A DNA stretch of 64,000 nucleotides from Vampirovibrionaceae bacterium NZW_1234 (lineage in GTDB: Bacteria; Cyanobacteriota; Vampirovibrionia; Vampirovibrionales; JAGQHJ01), in contig JBGUGD010000039.1 of NCBI GenBank assembly GCA_041697335.1, forward strand, positions 96,001-160,000, given 5' to 3'. Below are positions 19,337 through 28,472 of this stretch, one piece after another. Position 1 is the stretch's first letter. Every line of letters starts with the position of its first letter. Under the pieces are notes generated by a model that was given only the letters and a program-made list of their open reading frames with translations, was not told the origin of the DNA and searched no databases. The position numbers and the translations under genes are program-made.

Positions 19337-20182
19337 AACAGCCCCACTGGCAGTGGTTTTGGCCGGTTTCTTCAAAATCCCTCGTAACGCCACAATGCGC
19401 TTTTCGATGAATTCCCGGTTGCGGTAATGGGATTTCATACTCAACAGCTTTTCATAGTAGCGAAGGGCCTCGGCCGGGCGGTTGCCATGATCCAAGGAAA
19501 TAGCCAAGCCCAGATAACCCCGAGAGAAATCCGGAGCCATCTCAATGAGTTGGCGAAACATTTTTTCGGACTGTGTGTACTGCCCCTGGCGCATGTAAAT
19601 GCTGCCCAAATTATTGTAGGCAGGCAAGAAGTCGGGCTCAGCGGCAATGATTTCCTCATACAAGCGGGTCGGCTCGGTGAGTTCGCCCTGCAATTCCAGA
19701 CACAAGGCCAGATTAAACTTGGCTTCCGTGTAGTTGGCATCCAACTTCATGGCTTGGCGGAAATGGTGGATTCCTTTGGCCGGCATACCTGCTTCATTAA
19801 AACATTTGGCGGCCTCCACGTGCACTTCCTTATCGAAGGAATTTAAGGATAAGGCTTTATTAAACGTCGCCATGGCCCGTTTGAGATCGCCTTTTCGCCG
19901 AAAACAGCGTCCCATAGCCACATAGGCCTCCACAAACATGGGGTTCAAGGCAATGGCCTTTTCATAAGCCCGAATGGCCTCTTCCACTTCATCCCGAAGC
20001 CGGTGGGTATCCCCTTGAATCAGGTAGTCATAGGCTTCGCCATACTTTTCCACCATGGGGTGTTTGACTTCAACGGAAATGGCCCCGGCAAATTTATTGA
20101 GGGCGGCCAACAATTTGGATGAATAATTAATTTTGGGTTTCTCAGCGGGTGATCCACTCCGACCACTATCAAACTGCGCCAT
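19319..20182 (-). CDS. Tetratricopeptide repeat protein
   Basis: About six TPRs (e.g. EAIRAYEKAIALNP, AYNNLGSIY); AGGAG RBS. Confidence 0.9.
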   Translation of the reverse strand: MAQFDSGRSGSPAEKPKINYSSKLLAALNKFAGAISVEVKHPMVEKYGEAYDYLIQGDTHRLRDEVEEAIRAYEKAIALNPMFVEAYVAMGRCFRRKGDLKRAMATFNKALSLNSFDKEVHVEAAKCFNEAGMPAKGIHHFRQAMKLDANYTEAKFNLALCLELQGELTEPTRLYEEIIAAEPDFLPAYNNLGSIYMRQGQYTQSEKMFRQLIEMAPDFSRGYLGLAISLDHGNRPAEALRYYEKLLSMKSHYRNREFIEKRIVALRGILKKPAKTTASGAVLVRVK

Positions 20183-20393
20183 ACCACATTACTCCTGCTC
20201 TCTCAGCCCACTCTCAAGGCATATTTTCATTTTAGAAGTGCACTCATGGATGGACCTCATCCATATGGTGTAGACCCTGGGCCAATCTTTAAAAGCCCCC
20301 TATCCAGAGGAGAAAAGCAGGCCTATTAAGCGATCTTCACAAATGTGTCAATGTGGATTTTTGAAGAACCCTATCGTTAACGCCAGCACACAA

Positions 20394-20428
20394 AAAACCA
20401 CCCTTCACGTTCCAGGAAGGGTGGTTTT
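20394..20428. terminator. Intrinsic terminator after the GH9-like gene
   Basis: AAAACCACCCTTC-N9-GAAGGGTGGTTTT, with a U-run on the minus strand. Confidence 0.75.
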
Positions 20429-20465
20429 ATCAAGACTCAGGGCTAAAGCACCAATCTAAGAGAGA

Positions 20466-22361
20466 TTAAAGCGGTTTGGGCCAGTGGCCTTTTTTGATAT
20501 CCGGTTCGTCAAAGCGATCCCGCAAATCCCGCTGCTCTTCTTGCTGTTTATCCCGAATCGGCGCAACCTGCTGGTTCAGAAGCGTCAAGGCATACGCCAA
20601 CTGGGTGCGCTCCAGCAGAGAGTTGAAGGTCAGCTTCTGATAGCCTTTACGCATCCGCTGCCGGGCTTTTGTTTCTGTCTCTTCCAATGCCTTCAGAGAA
20701 TCGGTGCTGATCTTGGCATCCAGGCGCATTATGTTGGAATCTGCGAACTTTTGGCCCATTTTGGTTGCCGCAATCCCGGTTTTTCCAGCCATCCAACCCA
20801 AGGGGTCGGTTAATGCCGAAGCCACTTCATATTTGCCTTCCCGCACGAAGGAAATCTTGTCATACCCATACAAGTTATTGACCCAAGCGGCCAGGGACTG
20901 AATAGCACCGGACTCGCCTTGACGGGCCTGGCTCAGCAACGCCCATACATCCCCAGTGGTGGATTCAGCCGGAGACAACCCTGTACCCTTCGTCATCGAA
21001 CCCAGCAAAAGCGAGTCAAAGGCAGACAAAGACGAGACATGAGATTTCACGGTGTCATAAGCTTTGGCGTACAGCATATCGCTACTGGCCTGACTCATGG
21101 GGGTAGTAGCCAGGTACATCCATTCGGGTTCGGTCTGGGCCGCATGGGCAACCAGATAAGACCAACCCTTTTCAGCCGCACGCAAGAATCGAACCGACAT
21201 ACTCAGATCTTCCTTTTGAAAAGCAAGGGAGGCTGTTGCCAGGGTCATCACCGCGCGAGCCGTAGCTTCTGTGCTTGGAGCCGGTACCAGGGTATAGCGG
21301 GTCACACCACCTTCCGATTGCCGACGGACCCCTTGGGGAAAAGACCCATCCGGTTGCTGGCTGGTCAACAGGTATTGAAGCCCCCAATTGGCTTCATCCA
21401 GAATATCGGGATATTTGCTCTGAGTATAATGCTCACCCACCAATCCCAGGTATTTAAAGGACTTGGGATTAATCAAATAGGTTTGCAGCAGCATTTGAGA
21501 TAGGTTTGCAATATCCACGGTGGATTTTATCAAGTTCTGGTTGTCGTTTTGCGTATACCATCCTCCGGTCACCAATTGCGGCTTGGGACCTTCCGGGGTC
21601 ACTTCGGCCAGCGGATTCACTACATTAAGGTTGTAGCATTGCTGCAGAATGCGAAAGGTGCCATTGTCAGGCGGGCAATGGGCTTTGTTCATATCTTGAA
21701 GCACTGGTTGCAAAGCATCCCAATAAACAGCATCGGAGACATAGATGGGCGCGTCGCTCTTGTGACCACTACCGACTACAGCCAAATCAAAGACACCCTC
21801 AGCCGGGGTCTCGCGAAATTCCACATAAAAGGGAGTGACCGGTGTATCTCCTTGAACCGATTGAATCTTAGAGGGCTCCTTAAACTGCAGACGCTGCTGT
21901 TTTAAGTCATAGAGGTAGAACACACCGCCAATAGGGGTGTTTTTAAACGCTTCCAGTTTGTAATCCGTGATGGCCTTGTTTCGAGCCACGCGCTCGGATT
22001 CGGCCAATTTGCGACGTTCTTCCTTGGTCATGGACTTCTCGTCTTTGAGGGCTTTTTTACGCACCTCGGCCGCAGCTTCCTCCCCTCTCTTCAAGGCTTC
22101 TGCATCAATCTGACTTTGCCAAACCTTCCAAAACGCCTTTTTAGACTCTTTCTCTGCCTCAGATTCCGTTTCAGGAGTTTTTTCGTTCTTTTGACCTTTG
22201 ATGTTGGGCTGTTCACTGAGTTCCAAATAGATTCGCTTGGGCAATAATGGAGAGTACCCCAGGCGCGGCACTAACATCGAATCGGCAAATACCGGCAACG
22301 TATGCGCCAGAATCAAAATGCCCGACATCCCAAGTAAAAACGTTTTACAATAGCGATTCAT
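20466..22361 (-). CDS. Secreted glycoside hydrolase family 9-like protein, catalytic motifs degenerate
   Basis: Signal peptide; RLGYSPLLPKR resembles the GH9 Ig-like N-domain start; VTGGWY; PDILDEANWGLQYLLTSQQPDGSF; FLRAAEKGWSYL. The DAGD motif is replaced by TQND. Start uncertain (22361-22382). Confidence 0.72.
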   Translation of the reverse strand: MNRYCKTFLLGMSGILILAHTLPVFADSMLVPRLGYSPLLPKRIYLELSEQPNIKGQKNEKTPETESEAEKESKKAFWKVWQSQIDAEALKRGEEAAAEVRKKALKDEKSMTKEERRKLAESERVARNKAITDYKLEAFKNTPIGGVFYLYDLKQQRLQFKEPSKIQSVQGDTPVTPFYVEFRETPAEGVFDLAVVGSGHKSDAPIYVSDAVYWDALQPVLQDMNKAHCPPDNGTFRILQQCYNLNVVNPLAEVTPEGPKPQLVTGGWYTQNDNQNLIKSTVDIANLSQMLLQTYLINPKSFKYLGLVGEHYTQSKYPDILDEANWGLQYLLTSQQPDGSFPQGVRRQSEGGVTRYTLVPAPSTEATARAVMTLATASLAFQKEDLSMSVRFLRAAEKGWSYLVAHAAQTEPEWMYLATTPMSQASSDMLYAKAYDTVKSHVSSLSAFDSLLLGSMTKGTGLSPAESTTGDVWALLSQARQGESGAIQSLAAWVNNLYGYDKISFVREGKYEVASALTDPLGWMAGKTGIAATKMGQKFADSNIMRLDAKISTDSLKALEETETKARQRMRKGYQKLTFNSLLERTQLAYALTLLNQQVAPIRDKQQEEQRDLRDRFDEPDIKKGHWPKPL

Positions 22362-22553
22362 AGGTTGACGCATCCTCTCCAAATTCCAGTCTTAAAGAAT
22401 GGGTTGTTTGACTCAACTACGATTAACTACAATTGTCCCAAAGAATCACATTAACGCCAAGAGGCCGTAAAGAAATTCCCGAGGTTGGTCACATTGTACT
22501 AAGAGTATGCGAAACCGACTAGTGCATCCCCGTCGTGTTTGGATGGCGATGTA

Positions 22554-23402
22554 TTAGGCTGCATAGGGATAAGTTGTCGCATAGGCGTGGGCATAAGGAC
22601 TGGAATAAGGCATGCCATGGGCGCCATAAGACATGAAAGACGGATGAGTGTAGCCTGTATAATACCCACCCCAAGGCATCGCAGCATAAGACAGGGGACT
22701 GGACACCGCCCCAAGAGCGAAGGGATTGAAGATTCGATGCGTATGGTTATCCGCCATCGGTTTGGGTTGGGCCGTCACAGGCTCTGTAACCATCTCCGTT
22801 TGCTCAAGCGAAGGAACGTCAACACCCGCTTCCAAGTTGGCAGGTTTAGAAGCCTGTTCAGCCTGAGGCTTCATGAAATCCGGCATCGGATCCGTCGGGC
22901 GTACCGGATCGAAAATCATGTTGGGTTTCAATTCGAAGGCTTTGTGATTAAACCACAGGTTACAAGGATTGCACTTGAGGAAAATACGCTTGGCCCCGCG
23001 TAAGATACCACCCAGAACACCGTACTCGCGAATGGCCTCGGCCGTATAGGTAGAACATGAAGGGTAATAGGGACAGACACATCCCAAAATGTTTCGGGTG
23101 CCACCCTTGCCATCTTCACGACGCGTCCGTTGTTGATACCATTCAATGGCTTTTAAGCACCAGCGCTGCAACCAGCTTCGGTTGGCATCGGCATCGGTGA
23201 AAGCATCGGTAATTCGTTTTTGATCTTCCACCACACCGGCAAATACGGGAGGGCGTTCCGGATCCAGATGAAGGTCAGTTTTGGGATTCAAGACACTCGG
23301 TGCAGAAGACAGAAAAAGAGGAGCCCTGCCAGCAATCGGCCCGGATGAAACAACAAACCCATTGGGGAGAGAGCTGTTCCGATGAATACAGTGGGCGATC
23401 AT
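22554..23402 (-). CDS. YidD-domain protein with long N- and C-terminal extensions
   Basis: AIEWYQ...[23 protein letters not shown]...RIFLKCNP is the YidD signature; Tyr/Pro/Ala-rich tail; GAGGAG RBS. Confidence 0.8.
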   Translation of the reverse strand: MIAHCIHRNSSLPNGFVVSSGPIAGRAPLFLSSAPSVLNPKTDLHLDPERPPVFAGVVEDQKRITDAFTDADANRSWLQRWCLKAIEWYQQRTRREDGKGGTRNILGCVCPYYPSCSTYTAEAIREYGVLGGILRGAKRIFLKCNPCNLWFNHKAFELKPNMIFDPVRPTDPMPDFMKPQAEQASKPANLEAGVDVPSLEQTEMVTEPVTAQPKPMADNHTHRIFNPFALGAVSSPLSYAAMPWGGYYTGYTHPSFMSYGAHGMPYSSPYAHAYATTYPYAA

Positions 23403-23512
23403 AGCGAACTCCTCGGTTCAAAATAGGGGGGTTAATTAAGGTTAGTGAGTGGGTGAGTGAATTTCATTTCACTGGTAGAGGAAAGAAGTCTGATTCAGGA
23501 GACATAAACCAT

Positions 23513-24136
23513 CTAGGCAATGCCTAACACCTGTTTAGCCTTATCGAAAGACATCCCGGAAGCTTTTTTGAACTTGCGGCTGAGCTTGGCAATTTCCTTA
23601 GGCTGAGCCCCATTTTCGAGCATAGACAGAATGCTATCAAACATTTTACGAGCTTTGCCAGTCACCCGGGCGCCACCTTTCTGACCGGCAGCGACAGCTT
23701 TACCGACATTTTGGGTAACCTGCTGAACGGCTTCACCATTTTTAAATAAACCCATAACGGCGTCCCAGGTGTATTTCTTCACGAAGCGAGCCACATCCAT
23801 GATGGGATTCCACAGGTATTTAGACAAGAAGCCAGCTTCTTGAGCCGCTTGAGGCAATACTTTGGCACCACCCTTGCCAGCAATTTTACTGCCGGCTTGA
23901 GCGACGGCTTTGGCGGCACCCGCATTGCGGAAGAAATATAACCCGACTCCCGCTAAGGCACCTAAGGCTAAAAACTCAAGACCACCGAACAGAAAATTCG
24001 ATTTCTTGGCCGATTGAGCCGTCTCGAAGCTATCGCCATTGGCCCCGGCAAATTGGATCCCAGAAGCACTGGATTTATTGGATTTTGAAAAACCGGATTG
24101 AGCGTTTTGAATACCATATGCACTAACGTTGTTCAT
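23513..24136 (-). CDS. Orphan membrane-anchored basic protein, tandem paralog 1
   Basis: Shares KKSNFLFGGLEFL and GFLSKY..NPIMDVARF.KKYTWDAVMGLFK.GEAVQ with 24446..25240; GGGGGA RBS. Confidence 0.85.
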   Translation of the reverse strand: MNNVSAYGIQNAQSGFSKSNKSSASGIQFAGANGDSFETAQSAKKSNFLFGGLEFLALGALAGVGLYFFRNAGAAKAVAQAGSKIAGKGGAKVLPQAAQEAGFLSKYLWNPIMDVARFVKKYTWDAVMGLFKNGEAVQQVTQNVGKAVAAGQKGGARVTGKARKMFDSILSMLENGAQPKEIAKLSRKFKKASGMSFDKAKQVLGIA

Positions 24137-24175
24137 AAAATCCCCCTAAAAATCAGACTATTAAGTTCCTCCTGA

Positions 24176-24261
24176 AGCTCAGAGCCAATCTATGGTTGAG
24201 CTGTATACCCTATTAATCACCGTGAAGATTTTTTTGTGACACCTTGTAAACAAATATGAAG
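24176..24261 (-). promoter_or_regulatory. Duplicated upstream element, copy 1 (promoter-like block + 5'UTR hairpin)
   Basis: TATACCCTATTAATCACCGTGAAGATTTTTTTGTGACACCTTGTAAACAAATATGAAG is near-identical to 25315..25372; hairpin AGCTCA...TGAGCT. Confidence 0.75.
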
Positions 24262-24282
24262 ACCTGAATGCGGCCAATACAC

Positions 24283-24316
24283 AAAAAAAAACGCCACCGA
24301 GATAACTCTGTGGCGC
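24283..24316 (-). terminator. Intrinsic terminator of paralog 2
   Basis: Minus strand GCGCCACAGAG-TTAT-CTCGGTGGCGT followed by a U-run. Confidence 0.8.
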
Positions 24317-24445
24317 TACGTCTGTTTGTTTTCGTCCCAAACCCAACGGGGAGTGCTGGGTCAGTTCGAAAGTGCAGATGTGTGAAGTGGGGGGTTGTAG
24401 TGAGTAGGTGAGTGAGTGTGTGTATGGTAGGTAGTAAGCTTTGGA

Positions 24446-25240
24446 CTAGAGGGCAATCTTGAACTTTTCAACAAACTTGGTGAATTTATAGCCTGTTTGC
24501 TGGTGGAATAAGCGGGTCAGGTTGGCCAGTTGACGCTCACCAGCACCGGCTTTGCGTAATTCTGCAATTTGCGTAAAGAGCTGCTTCAATTCCGGGGTCA
24601 AGCTCTCAAACCCTTTCAGAGACTTGGTAAAAGCACGAGTTGCTTTTTGGCCGGCAGCCACAATGGCTTGCTTACCTTCGGTCGTGGCTGTAGCAACCGC
24701 ATTGCCACCCGCTTTTTGAACAGCTTTGGCTACCTGGGCACCCTTTTTCGTCACTTGTGTGGCAACCTGGCTAACCGCTTGCCCCCCACGCCGAGTGGCA
24801 GATTTAACGGCCTGTTTCCCAACTTCCTGAACAGCTTCACCGCTTTTAAACAAGCCCATAACGGCGTCCCAGGTATATTTTTTAATGAAGCGAGCCACAT
24901 CCATGATGGGATTCAGGATGTACTTGGACAGAAAACCAACTTCTTTCCCAGCCACTTGGCCGCCACCTTGCCCCATGAATTTGGAACCGGCTTGGGTAAT
25001 AGACTTTACCGCACCGGAGTTGCGGAAGAAATAAAGCGCCCCGGCAGCCAGGCCACCTAAGACCAAAAACTCCAGGCCACCAAACAGAAAATTGGACTTT
25101 TTAGACGGCTGAGCCGACTGGAACGTATCCTGACCATTGCCGGCAAAGTGAATACCGGAAGAGGCAGTTGAATTGGAAAAAGTAAATCCAGCTTGCGGTT
25201 GTTGAATTCCGTTTTGACCAAACACACGAACGTTACTCAT
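24446..25240 (-). CDS. Orphan membrane-anchored basic protein, tandem paralog 2
   Basis: Paralog of 23513..24136 with an expanded Ala/Gln/Val/Lys-rich middle region. Confidence 0.85.
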   Translation of the reverse strand: MSNVRVFGQNGIQQPQAGFTFSNSTASSGIHFAGNGQDTFQSAQPSKKSNFLFGGLEFLVLGGLAAGALYFFRNSGAVKSITQAGSKFMGQGGGQVAGKEVGFLSKYILNPIMDVARFIKKYTWDAVMGLFKSGEAVQEVGKQAVKSATRRGGQAVSQVATQVTKKGAQVAKAVQKAGGNAVATATTEGKQAIVAAGQKATRAFTKSLKGFESLTPELKQLFTQIAELRKAGAGERQLANLTRLFHQQTGYKFTKFVEKFKIAL

Positions 25241-25279
25241 AAATCCCCCTAATACATTCTTTCTTTGTTGTTTCCCCTG

Positions 25280-25372
25280 AAGTTCAACCGTGCTCTTGGC
25301 TCTTGGTTTGAACTTATACCCTATAAATCACCCTGAAGATTTTTTTGTGACACCTTGTAAACATATATGAAG
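25280..25372 (-). promoter_or_regulatory. Duplicated upstream element, copy 2
   Basis: Near-identical block to 24204..24261; hairpin AAGTTCAA...TTGAACTT. Confidence 0.75.
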
Positions 25373-25396
25373 CAAATGCACTCTCCAATGCTCAAG

Positions 25397-25424
25397 AAAA
25401 AAGCTGCTGTACTGAAACAGCAGC
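25397..25424 (-). terminator. Intrinsic terminator
   Basis: Minus strand GCTGCTGT-TTCAGT-ACAGCAGC-TTTTTT. Confidence 0.75.
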
Positions 25425-25706
25425 CTTGCGTCTGTATGTTTTCGTATTGAATCCCGCAACAAAGTCTAGTGTGTGTACTAAAGGAGAAATCTAAGCATTA
25501 AAGAGGGTACAGGCAGGTTAAAACAAGAACATTGCGCCACATTTTCCTTCGGCGCTCTATCCAAGCGGTTTATTTCGTCCGATGTTCCCATTAAAACCAA
25601 TGTGTTCACTATACGCCCGGGTCCTTACGGAGGATATAGTAAGTAAACTTATGTATCGTTACAGTTTTTAAACGACGATTACGACACCGGACGCACGCTT
25701 ATGAAA

Positions 25707-27176
25707 TCAAGAATTTAAATCCGCAGCTACCCGGCGAATCTCGACCATCAACGCTTCCAGATCCGCAAGCGAGGTAAACGGGTTCATCAGCACACAGCGC
25801 AAATACTGCCCGCGCGGCAAGCGGGTCTGAACAATATAAAATGACTCGTCGGCTAAAATACGCTGTCGAATTTGAAGCTGTAATGCATCCAAATCACCGG
25901 CAAACCCTTGTGGTATATAACGAAAACAAATGATGTTGCTTTCCGGCGCAATCGCAATCTCAAATTCAGGGTCAGCCTGAAGGATGTGAGCAAACTGACG
26001 GGTGCGATCATAGGTTTGGGTAATATACTCATCAAACAAAGCCGTCCCATAGACCTTCAACGCCACATAGAGCTTCAGGCTGAGCATCCGCTTGGTACAC
26101 TCCATGGTGCGATGCGCCAGGTTATACCATTCTTCCTGGGCTTGACGCTCAAATAAATAGCTGGCACGTTGAGAAAAAGCCTCGTAAGAATGCTGACCGT
26201 CCTTGAAAATAACAGCTGTTACCAATCCTGGCATCATCATCATTTTATGCGCATCCCATACGACAGAATCTGCCCGGTCAATACCAGCCAACAAACCTCG
26301 ATATTTTTCGGAAACCAGCGTTGAAGCCCCATGAGCCCCGTCCACATGAAGCCAGAGGTCATAAGTTTGGCAAAAATCGGCGATTTCTGATAATGGATCA
26401 AAGCTTCCTGTAGCCGTCGAGCACCCGTTGGCAACCACGGCAAGGACCTTTTTCCCCTTTTCTTGGGCTCGCCGATAAGCTGCGACAAGTGCTTCTGGCT
26501 GCATTTTAAATGACGCGTCCACGGCAACAGGCATGACGCCTTCGTGACCCCAGCCCATAATTTGAACCGCCCGCTTAACGGAATAGTGGGTCTGCTCGGC
26601 TGCAAGAACACAAAATGGGGAAGCATCACCGGGGCCTTCATCCCAAATATCAAATCCCGCTTTGACTTGGCGTGCGGCCAACAGAGCCGTCAAATTGCCA
26701 ATGGTACCACCCGAGGTCAAAACCCCATCAGCCTGGACACCATAGCCAATTAACCGACTCATCCATTCAATAACTCGGCGCTCCATCGCTGTGCTTGCGG
26801 GGCCCATTTCATAAATCGCCGTACCATTATTCAGCAAGGCCGCCACCATGTCGCACAGCGCAGCCACAGGCAACGGTGCAGAAACTTGGTGCCCGATGTA
26901 GCGTGGGTGATGCAAGTGATTGGACTGAGCCAAAACCAAACGCATCAATTCCTCGAAAGAAGCTGAAGGCCCCTTCTCAAACGATACAGGCCATTTGTCC
27001 AGCATAACCGACGGATGAATCGCAGGCAGCACCGGCATCGATACGTTTGGCTGAGTAACAGCATTTAAATAATCTGCCAACTCATCTACGAGTCGATGTG
27101 CCATGGACCGAAACTGCTCAGGATCATATGCCTGAGCAAGGGCAGTTGCCATGTCCGAAGCCGAGGAATGAACCAT
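25707..27176 (-). CDS. Group II PLP-dependent decarboxylase (aromatic amino acid/L-2,4-diaminobutyrate decarboxylase family)
   Basis: HHPRYIGHQ, TSGGTIGNL, HYSV, WLHVDGAHG and the WDAHK PLP lysine. Confidence 0.92.
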   Translation of the reverse strand: MVHSSASDMATALAQAYDPEQFRSMAHRLVDELADYLNAVTQPNVSMPVLPAIHPSVMLDKWPVSFEKGPSASFEELMRLVLAQSNHLHHPRYIGHQVSAPLPVAALCDMVAALLNNGTAIYEMGPASTAMERRVIEWMSRLIGYGVQADGVLTSGGTIGNLTALLAARQVKAGFDIWDEGPGDASPFCVLAAEQTHYSVKRAVQIMGWGHEGVMPVAVDASFKMQPEALVAAYRRAQEKGKKVLAVVANGCSTATGSFDPLSEIADFCQTYDLWLHVDGAHGASTLVSEKYRGLLAGIDRADSVVWDAHKMMMMPGLVTAVIFKDGQHSYEAFSQRASYLFERQAQEEWYNLAHRTMECTKRMLSLKLYVALKVYGTALFDEYITQTYDRTRQFAHILQADPEFEIAIAPESNIICFRYIPQGFAGDLDALQLQIRQRILADESFYIVQTRLPRGQYLRCVLMNPFTSLADLEALMVEIRRVAADLNS

Positions 27177-27444
27177 ATACCGACCTTTCACTAAGAGCCC
27201 GATTGCAATAGATTAAGAAGCAGCAAGAGACCGCAGAATCCAGTTAGCACAGTAACGTAAAGGGGTATGATTCTCAAGACCTGAAGAAAAACGGTCTCTC
27301 GATAGACCCTTTAAGTTTGTGTCCAGCAGAGCTAGCCAATTCTCGGAAGCTGAAGACTGCCCATGTTGGCAATAACAATCCCGCTGGAAATCCACATAAT
27401 AAATAGTGTGATTCAACTCTTCTACTTCCACTCTTAGGACTTAC

Positions 27445-27478
27445 ACGCCTTAGCAAAAAAGCTAAGGCGTTTTATTTT
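27445..27478 (+). terminator. Terminator-like hairpin with no upstream + strand CDS
   Basis: ACGCCTTAGC-AAAAAA-GCTAAGGCGT-TTTATTTT. Confidence 0.65.
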
Positions 27479-27560
27479 ATATGTAATACTTTCCCCATGC
27501 CCTTCCCGGTATGATTGGAAATTCATGGGCAGCCCCTTCGATACCCTTTTTTAACTTAAA

Positions 27561-28196
27561 ATGCTGTCCTCACCTCGTAAGACACATGGGACGTTTGATG
27601 GGATGACTGATTTACTTGTGCCCCCCCTCTACATCCCCAGCCCTCCGGGCATCCACTATGTCGGCCCTAATGTGCCGGCTTCACCAACCATGTCTTACCC
27701 AACCCCGTACACCCAATCTTACTACTCGTATCACCCAACAGTGGTCACAAATATTCAGTCTCCTGGAGTGTATGGATACCCGCCCCCAGCATACTATACC
27801 CCAATTCAACAACCTTCTTGGCAGCAAACCCGCCCTATGATGGCACAACCGAATGCCCCAATGCCGATGACTGATCAAATGAGCAATCATCCCTTTCCTC
27901 AGCCACCTCCCCCTACTCCGGAAAACAAATCCCAGGAGGCGGATCCAACTTCATTGGAAGCCCTTACACAAAATCCCTTTCGCTATGGCCTCCATGCCTT
28001 TGCAAAAGGCATTAATATGGCCTTTTTCCCCGCATTATTTGCAGGCTTACTCACCTTCCAGTCCAAGAGCGCCCTTGGTTATTCCAAGGCGTTTGGTTAT
28101 GCAGGCGCTTTAACAGGACTCATTACCTTGATGGGAGGAGCCTTTAATACGCTATGGACCTTCAAAAACTCCATCAAGAAGAAACTTCAGCTATAA
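27561..28196 (+). CDS. Orphan protein: Pro/Tyr/Gln-rich N-terminal region + two C-terminal TM helices
   Basis: 211-aa ORF with strong compositional bias then hydrophobic helices and a basic end. Start uncertain (27561 or 27603). Confidence 0.7.
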   Translation: MLSSPRKTHGTFDGMTDLLVPPLYIPSPPGIHYVGPNVPASPTMSYPTPYTQSYYSYHPTVVTNIQSPGVYGYPPPAYYTPIQQPSWQQTRPMMAQPNAPMPMTDQMSNHPFPQPPPPTPENKSQEADPTSLEALTQNPFRYGLHAFAKGINMAFFPALFAGLLTFQSKSALGYSKAFGYAGALTGLITLMGGAFNTLWTFKNSIKKKLQL

Positions 28197-28360
28197 ACTC
28201 ACAACCCAAACAGATCTGAATTATAAAAAAATGTAACAAATTCATCAGGGTAATGCCCGGTAAACGCATTTTCACATGAATGATTGTTTTTATTATGTTG
28301 AGAGAAGCGAAACCTCCCATACACATATAACCTACGAGAAGAAAAGAGAGAACTTAAGAT

Positions 28361-28390
28361 GCCGGCAAGAAATTGCCGGTTTTTCTTTTG
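28361..28390 (+). terminator. Intrinsic terminator
   Basis: GCCGGCAA-GAAA-TTGCCGGT-TTTTCTTTT. Confidence 0.8.
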
Positions 28391-28472
28391 GTGATGATTT
28401 AAGCGGATTTAACGTTGCATCATAAACCTATGCAAACAAAGCCCCGCTTGATTCAAGGAGAGTTAAATTGCC

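Noticed and set aside
22499..23003. Overlapping alternative ORFs around the YidD-like tail
   Set aside because: Explained by low-complexity sequence in other frames; no RBS or motifs.
24340..24400. GTTCGAA as a tRNA T-loop
   Set aside because: Flanking bases do not form a T-stem and no cloverleaf can be built.
23400..25500. Repeated non-coding motifs as a CRISPR array
   Set aside because: Only two copies of each motif, about 1 kb apart, no regular spacers and no cas genes.
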